Below are positions 52,659 to 62,595 of a stretch of 64,000 nt of DNA, in pieces (position 1 is the first letter of the stretch; every line of letters begins with the position of its first letter). A program made the position numbers and the translations under genes. The stretch lies in the NCBI RefSeq assembly GCF_003790525.1, contig NZ_CP033636.1; one strand, given 5' to 3'. This DNA is from Escherichia coli (GTDB lineage Bacteria > Pseudomonadota > Gammaproteobacteria > Enterobacterales > Enterobacteriaceae). Below the pieces are notes generated by a model. That model saw only the letters and a list, made by a program, of their open reading frames with translations. It was not told the origin of the DNA and did no database searches.

Positions 52659-54295
52659 TGTCGCAAAATGTTTTACTTGAAGAGAAGATTATCCGCTTAG
52701 TGCTGTCTGAGCTGGGCCACCCTGTAGAAGGTGAGCGGCTTTTTCTTCTATCGCACGACCCTTCCCTTACTGAAGAGATTATGCGGCTTAAAGAGCGGAT
52801 TGAGAGCCTTGCACAGGGTTTATCTGCGCGGGTTAGCGAAGGTTATAACGACGCAGAGATCGCCCCCTCGTCAGCATCCAGCCTTTCCGATCAGCAACAA
52901 ACGGTCGTAAGTGATGCTGATAACCCGGGCATTGACGCTACCGATACACCATTACTGCAACCCCTGCCAGAAAATGAACCTCATCCTCCGTTCTGGAAGC
53001 TGATGCCTTATTACGAATTTGATAAACCAGCACAGAGGGAAGACGAAAACCTGTCTTCCCTGGTATTAAAACCCGGGCAGATACCGACAGGCCAGCAGCG
53101 GGCCGGATTAGCTGTGCCACCTGCCGTTCCCCCGAGAGCTAAAATAGTTATTCCCAACGCCCGCGCAGGCGAACGTTTCTCTTCGCCGGTTGCTATAGTT
53201 CTGGATGAGGGCCAGCAGGCTACTGTCAGGGACGTTGTCTTTCCCAGGAACATTGGCCTGACCTTTGACAAAGAGCATAAGTTGCTGACAGGTACACCCA
53301 CCGAAAGCGGCGATATAGAGCTTTCAGTACTCTGGTCATGCGCTTCGCACGACGAATGCGAAACAAAACAGCTTTTTATAGTCAATCCCGATCCGAGAAG
53401 CCTGTGGAAGGTGGTAGAGCCACCAGCAGACGCTTCCTACCCTAAGTCCCATCTGGACGCTGCTGGCCTGGTCAGGGGTGACATACGTATTGCTGCCGCC
53501 AGTCGCCGGGGACGATCTCATGAGCATGCCGGGAGCTTCAGAGATGACGACTTCTATATCAACCACTGCCAGGAAACAGGATGGTCTGTCATGCTGGTCG
53601 CAGACGGGGCCGGTAGTGCGGTAAATTCCCGGGAAGGCTCCCGGATTGCAGTCCAAACGGCTGGCGATTACCTTTTCAATCAGCTCAGTGGTTTGAAAGG
53701 CGTCCATCTAAAGCAGCACATCACGGCGTGGGAAGGGAGCGATCAGCAGGCAACCATAAACGCCATGCTTCATCATTTTAAACAGGCAGCTACGCTCGCG
53801 GTCAACAGTATCCAGAACGAAGCCATTTGTGCAGAACAACCTGTGAAATCCTATTCAACAACCCTACTGGCAACTGTAGCGCTACGAACTGATAACGAGC
53901 TGTTTGCGGCTGCATTCTGGCTTGGTGATGGTGCGATAGGTGCATACAGCCCTTCCGGTAAAGTCAGGATACTGGGAAATCCCGATAGCGGAGAATACGC
54001 AGGACAAACCCGCTTTCTTGACCAGAGCATTATCGCAGACCCCTCGTTTAGCGGCCGCATCAGCGTGGGTAAATGGAATGATGTATCTCACTTGATCCTC
54101 ATGACAGATGGCGTATCAGACCCTCTGTTTGAGACAGATAACGGGCTTCGCAGTGACGAAAAATGGACCCGTCTCCTTGATGAGCTCATCCCTGTCCTTA
54201 CAGACGCCAGTATTGCGCCTGAGAGGTTAGGCGACTGGCTTAACTTTTTCTCCACAGGGAACCACGATGACCGCACTATTGCGGTGTTGTGGTAA
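52658..54295 (+). CDS. PP2C-family Ser/Thr protein phosphatase
   Basis: Motifs MLVADGAGS and MTDGVSD in a 545-aa ORF; ATG overlaps the previous stop. Confidence 0.65.
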   Translation: MSQNVLLEEKIIRLVLSELGHPVEGERLFLLSHDPSLTEEIMRLKERIESLAQGLSARVSEGYNDAEIAPSSASSLSDQQQTVVSDADNPGIDATDTPLLQPLPENEPHPPFWKLMPYYEFDKPAQREDENLSSLVLKPGQIPTGQQRAGLAVPPAVPPRAKIVIPNARAGERFSSPVAIVLDEGQQATVRDVVFPRNIGLTFDKEHKLLTGTPTESGDIELSVLWSCASHDECETKQLFIVNPDPRSLWKVVEPPADASYPKSHLDAAGLVRGDIRIAAASRRGRSHEHAGSFRDDDFYINHCQETGWSVMLVADGAGSAVNSREGSRIAVQTAGDYLFNQLSGLKGVHLKQHITAWEGSDQQATINAMLHHFKQAATLAVNSIQNEAICAEQPVKSYSTTLLATVALRTDNELFAAAFWLGDGAIGAYSPSGKVRILGNPDSGEYAGQTRFLDQSIIADPSFSGRISVGKWNDVSHLILMTDGVSDPLFETDNGLRSDEKWTRLLDELIPVLTDASIAPERLGDWLNFFSTGNHDDRTIAVLW

Positions 54296-54320
54296 GGGAT
54301 ACGCTTCTTCGGTGATCAAT

Positions 54321-55820
54321 ATGGCAAATATTGTTACGTGCAAAACAAAGGACGGCGAAACAGTCCAGTATGTTGACGAGGTAATTGGTTCGGGCTCGAT
54401 GAAGGATGTTTACTTCTCGCCTGATAAATCATACGTCGTCGCTTTTTATCATAAACCGCAGAACGAGCAGGCCCGGGATCGGATTGATATGATCACCGGA
54501 CGCTACAGGCAAAACATTTTTGGCCAGTCCGGAGGTGAATACTGGAAGGACCTGTTTTGCTGGCCGACCCACGTTGTTGAGCATGGGGATAAAATCGGCA
54601 TCGTGGTTCCAACCTACAAAAGCTACTTTTTCTTTAAATACGGCTCTAAAAACGATGATTTTCTTGGCATAAAAGGCCGTGAAAAGGAAGGCAAATGGTT
54701 TGCCAGCGCCAGCAACCAGAATAAATTTCTCGACCCACGTGAACGAGGCAATACGCTTACCTATCTCAAGGTCTGTCTGCTGCTAACAAGAGCCGTCAGA
54801 AGGATGCATGCGGCAGGTCTCTGTCACAGCGATCTAAGCTATAAAAACGTGCTTATCGATCCAGAAATGGGACATGCCTGCATCATTGACGTAGACGGCC
54901 TGGTTGTCCCTGGAAAGTATCCTCCCGACGTCGTGGGCACCCCGGATTTTATCGCTCCGGAAGTGGTGAAAACCAGCCATCTTTCCAAAGAGGATCCGAA
55001 CCGCGTATTGCCAAGCATTTCTACTGACCGTCATGCGCTGTCGGTGCTTATCTACATGTATCTGTTCTTCCGTCATCCGCTACGTGGCGGAAAAATACAT
55101 GACATGTCGGATGAAGTACGTGATGAGACCTTATCTATGGGTGAGAAGGCACTCTTCATTGAACATCCGACAGACAAAAGCAATGCAGTCAAAGTCAGTC
55201 AGCTATCCTCCTTTTCACTGCCCTGGGCTGACCCGGAGAAAATTCCTTACACCATCATGGGCCCTTATTTGACGCCTTTGTTTGAACGCGCCTTTATTGA
55301 TGGCTTACACGATGCCAATAAACGCCCGACCGCCGATGAGTGGGAAAGTGCCCTGGTTAAAACAGTCGATCTGATACAGCCCTGCCAGAACAAGGCGTGT
55401 GAACAGAAATGGTACGTTTTCTCAGGTAAGACAAAGCCGGTTTGTCCCTACTGCGGTACGCCATACAAGGGTAAATTACCGGTTCTAAATTTATATTCAT
55501 CCCGAAAGGAAGGCAGTTATCGTCCTGACGACCACCGGTTGATGGTGTGGAGCGGGCAGTCAATCTATGCGTGGCATGTGAATCGCCTCATTGCGCCAAA
55601 TGAGCGCACAACCGATGCACAAAGGAAACGAGTTGGGTATTTTGTTTTCCATAACGATCAGTGGTGGTTAGTAAATGAAGGCATAAATGGGCTTATGTCA
55701 TTACCGGATAAACGACAGATTGCCATTGGGGAAAAAATTGAACTGACGAATAACGCTCAGTTTGTTCTGTCAAAGGAGGAAGGCGGCAGGCTGGTCGTCG
55801 TTCAGTTAGTTGAAAACTAA
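54321..55820 (+). CDS. Ser/Thr protein kinase with C-terminal zinc-ribbon
   Basis: Catalytic-loop-like HSDLSYKNVLID and IIDVDG; Cys cluster CQNKACEQKWYVFSGKTKPVCPYCG; start at the ATG of MANIVTCK. Confidence 0.65.
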   Translation: MANIVTCKTKDGETVQYVDEVIGSGSMKDVYFSPDKSYVVAFYHKPQNEQARDRIDMITGRYRQNIFGQSGGEYWKDLFCWPTHVVEHGDKIGIVVPTYKSYFFFKYGSKNDDFLGIKGREKEGKWFASASNQNKFLDPRERGNTLTYLKVCLLLTRAVRRMHAAGLCHSDLSYKNVLIDPEMGHACIIDVDGLVVPGKYPPDVVGTPDFIAPEVVKTSHLSKEDPNRVLPSISTDRHALSVLIYMYLFFRHPLRGGKIHDMSDEVRDETLSMGEKALFIEHPTDKSNAVKVSQLSSFSLPWADPEKIPYTIMGPYLTPLFERAFIDGLHDANKRPTADEWESALVKTVDLIQPCQNKACEQKWYVFSGKTKPVCPYCGTPYKGKLPVLNLYSSRKEGSYRPDDHRLMVWSGQSIYAWHVNRLIAPNERTTDAQRKRVGYFVFHNDQWWLVNEGINGLMSLPDKRQIAIGEKIELTNNAQFVLSKEEGGRLVVVQLVEN

Positions 55821-55986
55821 CGGACGCCCATTACGACTAAAACGTTCTGGCAGCATACTGAACCTGTTTAATGAATCACTATATTAAGCAGTGTCAAATT
55901 TAAGCTGCCAGAAAAAACTGACTGTCTGTGCCGGATATGCGGTACACCGCCTGCGGCAAGGGTTTAATGCGCAAAGCCCAAGTTAT

Positions 55987-57099
55987 TTATAAAAGTGAAT
56001 AATTTTGTGACTCTACCCTGCCGCTCTTCTTTCCAGTGTCATGGTTTTTAACATCTGAAATACTGACATTGTTAAGCCGGTGATTGTAAAAGGCGATGCG
56101 GACAATCTCATGAAGATATTCAAGTTCGTTTTGTGTCAAGGACTGGCCTTCCTGGGTTTTTGAAATCATTTCCTGCCAGCAGATCAGTCTTTCGTAACTG
56201 ACATGTTCGCTGTTTTCCAGGCAGTGCAACCTGAAATAGCGAAGGAACAAAGGAAATTCATCGGTCTGAGCGATGTCATAAGCCCGAACCGTTAACCGAC
56301 ACAGACATACAATCGTATCCTGCTGTAACCTGACTAGCGCGTTATGACTGCCCGGAAGGATATCAGGCAATTTCATCTTACAGTCAGCAAGGCGCTGAAG
56401 AAGAGGCCCTTCCTCTGAAGGCTCCCGTCCCCGATACTCCTGAAGAGGTTCAGATTCAAGTTCATGCATTAATGGATGATATAGCCATTCCCGGGAACTG
56501 GTCTCATCAATGATCAGGCTTTCAATGCACTCACTGTATGTTGTTTTACGTCGCCCGAGCTGCACCTGACTGATTTCATATTCAATATCAGGAAGATCGA
56601 TACGCAATGCGGCAACTCTTTCGGAAGGATGAAGATGGTCAAAGGTTAACTTCTCTGAAATGCTGCGATCCCTGTCCAGAAAGACGGCCACACATAAATC
56701 ATTAACCTTTACGAACAGATCAGCTGTGCCTCCGAACATACTGCCGCTTCCACTAACCTCATTCAGTGAAACCGGCCCACCATCGTCGCCAGCGAGAAGA
56801 TTTGGGAAACCAAGAACCTGGTGCTCGTTGATGACTTCAATAATCTTTCCCCGGATGGCTTCCATCAGACCATCACAGTCACCGGCTACAGCTGTACTGT
56901 GTGAGAAATGCCAAAGCTTGACCTCCCCCTGCTTTGCTAACAGATCAGTTTTGCAAGCGGGGCAGATGCAGTTACAGTCAATACCCCGGCTGACCTCTGT
57001 AATATCTAAAAAGAGTCCTGATTCTCGCTGGAGTCCAAATGGAATACCAAATGTATAACTCTTACGCATGGCTGCACCCCGTTTTTGATAATGATTCAA
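55987..57099 (-). CDS. CoiA-like zinc-finger protein (competence-protein CoiA family, predicted nuclease-related); start uncertain
   Basis: Motif DCNCICPACKTDLLAKQGEVKLWHFSH resembles the CoiA N-terminal zinc-finger/HFxH signature; recall-based. Confidence 0.4.
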   Translation of the reverse strand: MNHYQKRGAAMRKSYTFGIPFGLQRESGLFLDITEVSRGIDCNCICPACKTDLLAKQGEVKLWHFSHSTAVAGDCDGLMEAIRGKIIEVINEHQVLGFPNLLAGDDGGPVSLNEVSGSGSMFGGTADLFVKVNDLCVAVFLDRDRSISEKLTFDHLHPSERVAALRIDLPDIEYEISQVQLGRRKTTYSECIESLIIDETSSREWLYHPLMHELESEPLQEYRGREPSEEGPLLQRLADCKMKLPDILPGSHNALVRLQQDTIVCLCRLTVRAYDIAQTDEFPLFLRYFRLHCLENSEHVSYERLICWQEMISKTQEGQSLTQNELEYLHEIVRIAFYNHRLNNVSISDVKNHDTGKKSGRVESQNYSLL

Positions 57100-57429
57100 A
57101 CTATATCCGAAATAACGGAGGAGGATTTCTGTAAAACGTATTAAAAGAAATGATTTTTCCGTCTTCCAGATTAATGTTTGACAAAAATCAAATGAGAGCC
57201 TTACAAATATTGAGAGAGAAGTTTAGGTAAAGTAACTTTTATCACTTCTAATAAAATGAAGGAGAATATCGGATGTATTTAGCAGTGGGCTTGGCTTATG
57301 ATTAAAGTTTTTCTCCGAACTTAATAAACAACTTTAAAAGACAGGCTATTACAATGCCTTTAGCCCCGAAAGGGGCATAAACTATTTTCAAATCTAGGCA
57401 CAGTCTTTTTGTTGTGCCAATATTAATAA

Positions 57430-57648
57430 TTACTCGCGAACAAAGGTCCACACACTCGCAGGAACTTTGTCATATAACTTTTTCATTGTCAGTTCGGCTT
57501 TACGATGATCATAAGCACCAGAAATTTCAAGAGAGGCGACACCCGAGTTTTTTTCACATAACCTTTCAAATACTTTTTCGAGCGTTTCGAACGAACTACA
57601 CTTACGGAATTTCATTAAATAAGACTGCTTTGTGTCAGACATAATCAA
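57430..57648 (-). CDS. hha: Hha/YmoA-family nucleoid-associated modulator
   Basis: Translation ...KQSYLMKFRKCSSFETLEKVFE...DHRKAELTMKKLYDKVPASVWTFVR aligns by eye with E. coli Hha. Confidence 0.7.
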   Translation of the reverse strand: MIMSDTKQSYLMKFRKCSSFETLEKVFERLCEKNSGVASLEISGAYDHRKAELTMKKLYDKVPASVWTFVRE

Positions 57649-57803
57649 CCTTCTTTAGACAGGCCTCAACTGGCCAGGGATAATCTTAATATCATTTTTC
57701 ACTTAAGCCTAACGATTTCACAACCTTTTTCGTTGTTTCCACCCTGTTCATAACCAGGTACATGAGTGCTAAAATGACCTGTAATTAAAACCAGTGTATC
57801 CCG

Positions 57804-58988
57804 GTGAGCAGGATGAAGAATCAATCAGTGATCAGACAGTTTTCGGAAAGCGAATTGCATCAGCAGCTGGAAACGTTCGGCAACCATGATAAACAGCTTT
57901 CACGCTTGATCCGTTACTTTTCCCATCTGAGATACAACACTGCTAAAACCTATCTGCACTGGCTACGAGTATGGAACGAATGGTATCTGGCGAATGCCCG
58001 GTTGCATACAGACTGGCCAGTAAGTTCGCTCCCCGTGTCTGAGGACGCTCTGCTTGCGTTTATGGGGCATCTTGAAGGCAAATTGTCACGAAGCAGCATA
58101 AACAGCTGTCTTCAGGCCTTAAATAGTATCCATAAAAAAGGGCTTAACCTGCCCGGGATTATTACGTCTGAAGCATGGTACATGCTGGAAGCCTTAAAAC
58201 AATCGGAAGCCCGGAAGCGAAAGACGACTAAACAGGCAACTCCCTTTCTTATTGGCGATCTCAAGGCTCTGATAAAGTTACGCAGTACTACAAACTCAGT
58301 TCGTAAACTTCGTGACCTGTGCCTGATCTGGACAGGCTTTGAAACACTGCTCCGTTCATCCGAAATTCGACGTATACGTCTGAAAGATCTGTCTCTGGAT
58401 AGTATGACCGGTGAATTTAACCTGACGGTATACCGTACAAAAACGAACATTAGTACACTTCTTACCTACCGGCTGACACGTCAGTTAACTAACTGCCTCT
58501 TGAGATTGATGAACCTCGTGAAAATGGATCAGCACAGTCATCCGGATGAATTCCTTTTCCAGGCCGTAAATTTCCATGATACAGGCTATATGCCACCCGG
58601 CTGGAAGCTTCGGAGTAAGGGGAATGAGCTATCTGAACTTCTTAAAAGGCATAACCTACCCTATCGTGCTAAGCAAAGTCTTCTGAACGATGAAGATGAA
58701 GAAGACACTGTGGACGATGCCGGTATGCTCAGCAAAAATTCCCTTTTACGAGCATTTAAAGAGATGTGGAATGAGCTTTATCCAAATGAGACTAAAACTC
58801 GTTACTGGACAGGGCACAGCGTTCGTGTAGGCGGAGCGATACAGCTAAATATTGAAGGTTACTCGCTACCACAGATTATGGAAATGGGGAACTGGTCGAA
58901 TGAAGAAATGGTTATGCGCTACATTCGTAATATTGAAGCTGGTAAAAAAGCAATGATCAAGCTTATGCGAAATGCCTTTGATGAATAG
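57804..58988 (+). CDS. tyrosine site-specific recombinase (phage-integrase family)
   Basis: C-terminal catalytic signature ...HSVRVGGAIQL...MEMGNWSNEEMVMRYI (His/Arg/Tyr region). Confidence 0.65.
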   Translation: MSRMKNQSVIRQFSESELHQQLETFGNHDKQLSRLIRYFSHLRYNTAKTYLHWLRVWNEWYLANARLHTDWPVSSLPVSEDALLAFMGHLEGKLSRSSINSCLQALNSIHKKGLNLPGIITSEAWYMLEALKQSEARKRKTTKQATPFLIGDLKALIKLRSTTNSVRKLRDLCLIWTGFETLLRSSEIRRIRLKDLSLDSMTGEFNLTVYRTKTNISTLLTYRLTRQLTNCLLRLMNLVKMDQHSHPDEFLFQAVNFHDTGYMPPGWKLRSKGNELSELLKRHNLPYRAKQSLLNDEDEEDTVDDAGMLSKNSLLRAFKEMWNELYPNETKTRYWTGHSVRVGGAIQLNIEGYSLPQIMEMGNWSNEEMVMRYIRNIEAGKKAMIKLMRNAFDE

Positions 58989-59009
58989 CGCCCTCACGGG
59001 CGCATAACT

Positions 59010-59360
59010 TTATTTTTTCTTGAACGGGTTAAGTCTGGTGAGATTAGAGAGTGCCCCTCCCGGAGGCAAAATTCCCGTTCTTTTATATTTGTACACGCCA
59101 TTTAATTTCATTGTCTGGATTCCAAGATTAATAAGCGTGACAAGTTTAAGGGTATACAGAAGTGTAAATTGTGGAGCAACCTGAATAAAAACCAATAACA
59201 AGCCTGCACACATTACACGTAGCCATGCCGCGTACTCCATGCTCAGCGGACGCTTGAAATAGAATCTTTCGAGCAAATCAACTGTCTTATTACTGATCCA
59301 CGCCGCCGCCACGGAGAGTAACAACACGATGCACACCATAATGCCCAGTTCCATTTTCAC
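59010..59360 (-). CDS. hypothetical membrane protein
   Basis: 116-aa ORF with two hydrophobic segments. Confidence 0.3.
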   Translation of the reverse strand: MKMELGIMVCIVLLLSVAAAWISNKTVDLLERFYFKRPLSMEYAAWLRVMCAGLLLVFIQVAPQFTLLYTLKLVTLINLGIQTMKLNGVYKYKRTGILPPGGALSNLTRLNPFKKK

Positions 59361-60195
59361 TCCCTTCTCTTTTAGTCTCTTTAAGTTGAGGCTTAGCCAC
59401 AGTAGTTTTGTTTTTTGCTTTTTTCTTAGGTTTGGTATGATGAAACAGAAAACAATCCACCATTACCCAACCATTTTTATATCGAGCCACCAGCATCTTC
59501 TGGCTGGGGTAATGAGCATGAAACAGCATTTTCACGTCCATGGTGCCCATCAACGACTGTTTGCGCTTTAGCTCATCCTCAGCCATCTGAAATTCTTGTA
59601 AGAATTCTGAAGACAGACGCTGACGCAGGATTCTTATGGCACTGGAGTTTTCATCATTCTTTGCCAGATGCCCGAAGCGTACTAGTGCCTTGTGGGTTAT
59701 CTGGATGGGTCCCAGATGAGAGCTGAGCTGTTCGTACTGCCAGAAGTAGGTCAAATCCACCTTAACCCAGCTGATGCTGTCCAGCAGAGCCTCGTTCATG
59801 ATGGTTCCGGACATTGGTACCATTGTCAGCCTGGCCAGACGCATATGTATGTAGTCCGTAAGCAACCTCAGCGACTCAGGAACGTTTTTATTGAGCAGGA
59901 GATGCTGAAGCACCGGGGTTGCGGTCTGCCAACACAGATTGCGCCCGTCAGGCAGGAAAGCAAACTTTTGATCGTCAGGCGCAGAGTTCGAAGCGTTTTC
60001 CTTACGAAGCAAAAAATAATGGCCGCACAGCAGCTCTGCTCTTACCTGGTCCTCGTCAGGGTCATGTCGGGCTTTACTTAGATCAACGGTAAGCACAACG
60101 CGGTTAATCGCATCAGCGTGATATTTTTTTACCCAGACGCAGACACGATAGAGACGCTCATCGATTTTCTGGCTGGCTGTGGAAATCCATTGCAT
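59290..60195 (-). CDS. hypothetical protein
   Basis: 301-aa ORF; no recognised family; 3' end overlaps the next ORF. Confidence 0.35.
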   Translation of the reverse strand: MQWISTASQKIDERLYRVCVWVKKYHADAINRVVLTVDLSKARHDPDEDQVRAELLCGHYFLLRKENASNSAPDDQKFAFLPDGRNLCWQTATPVLQHLLLNKNVPESLRLLTDYIHMRLARLTMVPMSGTIMNEALLDSISWVKVDLTYFWQYEQLSSHLGPIQITHKALVRFGHLAKNDENSSAIRILRQRLSSEFLQEFQMAEDELKRKQSLMGTMDVKMLFHAHYPSQKMLVARYKNGWVMVDCFLFHHTKPKKKAKNKTTVAKPQLKETKREGSENGTGHYGVHRVVTLRGGGVDQ

Positions 60196-60204
60196 TGTTG
60201 TTCC

Positions 60205-61185
60205 TTAATTTTCGGGGCTGACAATGAAAATGCCCAGCTCAGCCCCCGGCACGAGTTCTGTATATTTCAGGCTCAGCTTCCGTTGGTTGGACGGGCCCTG
60301 GCTGTTTTCAGGAGCCCAGTCAGAGAGCGTTTTTAATTGAGGTATGTTGCCTGCTGCGAAAATGGGCAAGGATGCTTTTACTACTGAATAATCAGTCTCA
60401 GCATATTTATTCCCGTTTCGTTCCTGCCCTTCAGGCCTAAATGCAAAAATGTGAGCAATCGGAACAGGGAAAGAGTTAGTTCGACAAAGGCGATAAGATT
60501 CGCCCTGCTTCAGTGGGTGAAATTCAAGACGGTGTAAAGCCTTATCGATATTAGACACGACATTCAAATTGGTAGTTGCTACATTTTTTACTTCTGAGGC
60601 TCTCCTGCGCTCCAACAAACTCACAAGTTGCTCTGCTGTTTTAACTTCCTGGTTTCGGTTTAGCCGCCATGAAAAAGTAACTTTTTTAAGCTGGGACTTG
60701 ATGAAAAGGACATTTCTTGTTGAGTGCATAGCGACAAGGCCCGGGAGCTTCTTGTGCACTTTATCAAAACGGACATTCTTTTTATTATCGATACGCCTCA
60801 TTGCCGCAGCAAAATCATTTTTTGCTTCATTTATAGATGTGATCAAGCTTTCGAGAAGATCTGCTCTTTCTGGGACAATGATAAGACCCGGGTATTTAGT
60901 GGTCACTTTGGTGGAATCATGACTTAATGACTCTATGTCATCCACACAGATGTCAGTAAGTGCCTGAATAATTTCCTCAACCGAAGCATCGTCTTTAACA
61001 CTAACCCTGATGGGTTTAACCTGCTTCAGTCGCTCTTCTGTTCGAGATACGGTGGAGACAGTCATCAGGTTTGCCATCAGCGGGGGGGTGTTCGAAAGAA
61101 AACACTTAAGCGAGTCGATACGTTCCAGAATCTGGTCACGAAAATAGGGCAAATCGTCATAACTCATACGTTTCTCCAGGCTCAT
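60205..61185 (-). CDS. possible Tus-like replication terminus-binding protein
   Basis: By-eye similarity to E. coli Tus over KVHKKLPGLVAMHSTRNVLF...FSWRLNRNQEV...LVSLLER; low-identity, unverified. Confidence 0.35.
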   Translation of the reverse strand: MSLEKRMSYDDLPYFRDQILERIDSLKCFLSNTPPLMANLMTVSTVSRTEERLKQVKPIRVSVKDDASVEEIIQALTDICVDDIESLSHDSTKVTTKYPGLIIVPERADLLESLITSINEAKNDFAAAMRRIDNKKNVRFDKVHKKLPGLVAMHSTRNVLFIKSQLKKVTFSWRLNRNQEVKTAEQLVSLLERRRASEVKNVATTNLNVVSNIDKALHRLEFHPLKQGESYRLCRTNSFPVPIAHIFAFRPEGQERNGNKYAETDYSVVKASLPIFAAGNIPQLKTLSDWAPENSQGPSNQRKLSLKYTELVPGAELGIFIVSPEN

Positions 61186-61257
61186 GTTATTTCAAATCAA
61201 TTTTGCTGCCCTGGCTGACCTTGCAGAACATAAATGTCATGTAAACCTCTAAAGAAG

Positions 61258-61704
61258 TCATTTTGAAACAGCTTTCACAGCATGCGATTTATGTTCGATA
61301 GGGCTCATGAACAAAGGATGATAATGGAGACGCCATGGATAGTGGATAGTCTTACCCACCTGGGTGATCCGATTGAGGCGAAAACGACCATTTATACAGT
61401 CAACTGACCAAAGCCCGGGAGAAACTAACCTCTTCCAGCGGTAAAAAGAGAAACCTGCAACACAGAGGTCATGCTCCAGGAAATGTTGAGTTTCGACGAC
61501 GCGAACTTTTATCAAAAACCCCAGCATTGGCGAAAACCAGATCAACAACCATGTTGGCGGCAGGATGACTTTGTTCAGGAGATGATCTGTCATAAGCAAG
61601 GCAGATAACATCAGAAAACTGATAGTCAACCACAGGGCCATCCAACCGGCCCATACGCGGCTCTGACAGGGTTTCCATTCGAGAAGAAAAAGTTTTTTAT
61701 GCAT
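61258..61704 (-). CDS. hypothetical membrane protein
   Basis: 148-aa ORF with hydrophobic N-terminal half. Confidence 0.3.
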   Translation of the reverse strand: MHKKLFLLEWKPCQSRVWAGWMALWLTISFLMLSALLMTDHLLNKVILPPTWLLIWFSPMLGFLIKVRVVETQHFLEHDLCVAGFSFYRWKRLVSPGLWSVDCINGRFRLNRITQVGKTIHYPWRLHYHPLFMSPIEHKSHAVKAVSK

Positions 61705-61720
61705 TCTGCCCCGCCTAATT

Positions 61721-62257
61721 TTAATGTATTGCCGAAGTATGCTGCATCATGATGGTGGTGCGGGGAAAGATTTCAAACTTCCACAATTCTGAAGCCGTGT
61801 TCCAACCATGAAAGATCCCGTCTCCACAGCGAGTGTTAAAAGCAAGAATTTCATCCCTGACCTGGTAAGCGAGCACTTCTGGCATATCAATAAATTCAGG
61901 TAAGGAAAGAAGAATCCCATGGATAACTTCTCCGGTTAACTTACTCATAACCTCTTCCTCAGACAGGGCAGCGTCCGGGAACAAACACGACGGAAGTGAA
62001 AAACAACATAGGTCAAGACCAAGAGCAGCCCTTCCTGCGTCGTAGCCTTCTTCATTAACGACAAAACGAAAGAATTTTTCAGCCTCACCCAGTAATGTTG
62101 ACGGTCCTTCAGACGGAACTTCAATACCACTGAAGACTTTATCGGTCCAGTTGGTAAATGGACTGGTGAAAACCCAACAAATTAAGGATAACGCCAGCTC
62201 TTCCTTAAACATACGTTCAGTGCCGGTTGTTCTGGAAAGTTGCTTTTGAGTACTCAT
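61721..62257 (-). CDS. hypothetical protein
   Basis: 178-aa ORF; no recognised family. Confidence 0.3.
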   Translation of the reverse strand: MSTQKQLSRTTGTERMFKEELALSLICWVFTSPFTNWTDKVFSGIEVPSEGPSTLLGEAEKFFRFVVNEEGYDAGRAALGLDLCCFSLPSCLFPDAALSEEEVMSKLTGEVIHGILLSLPEFIDMPEVLAYQVRDEILAFNTRCGDGIFHGWNTASELWKFEIFPRTTIMMQHTSAIH

Positions 62258-62330
62258 GTTTTACCTGTTGCATGAAATTATTGATGTTATATAAACACAA
62301 CCGGCATTTTATCTAATAGGTTTGAAAACA

Positions 62331-62588
62331 CTAAAAATCGCAAATGCTGGTACCTTTCTGTTTTAAGAGATTTTCAAGGTAAAGTGAGCCGAGATCAATT
62401 GGCTGGTTCTCTTCAAGACAGGCTCGCACAAGATCTTCAATAGAGACCGAATCAACCCCCCTTCCCTGTAAAATTTCTTTAGCAGATGCCAGCGTTTTAT
62501 GAACGCTTCGACTTAGTTGTAATCTGACTTGTGTGCGGGTATCAAAAAGACAATCTTCTGTGACACTTTGTGAAACGGTTCTACTCAT
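62331..62588 (-). CDS. hypothetical small protein
   Basis: 85-aa ORF; no recognised family. Confidence 0.25.
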   Translation of the reverse strand: MSRTVSQSVTEDCLFDTRTQVRLQLSRSVHKTLASAKEILQGRGVDSVSIEDLVRACLEENQPIDLGSLYLENLLKQKGTSICDF

Positions 62589-62595
62589 TGAAAAA

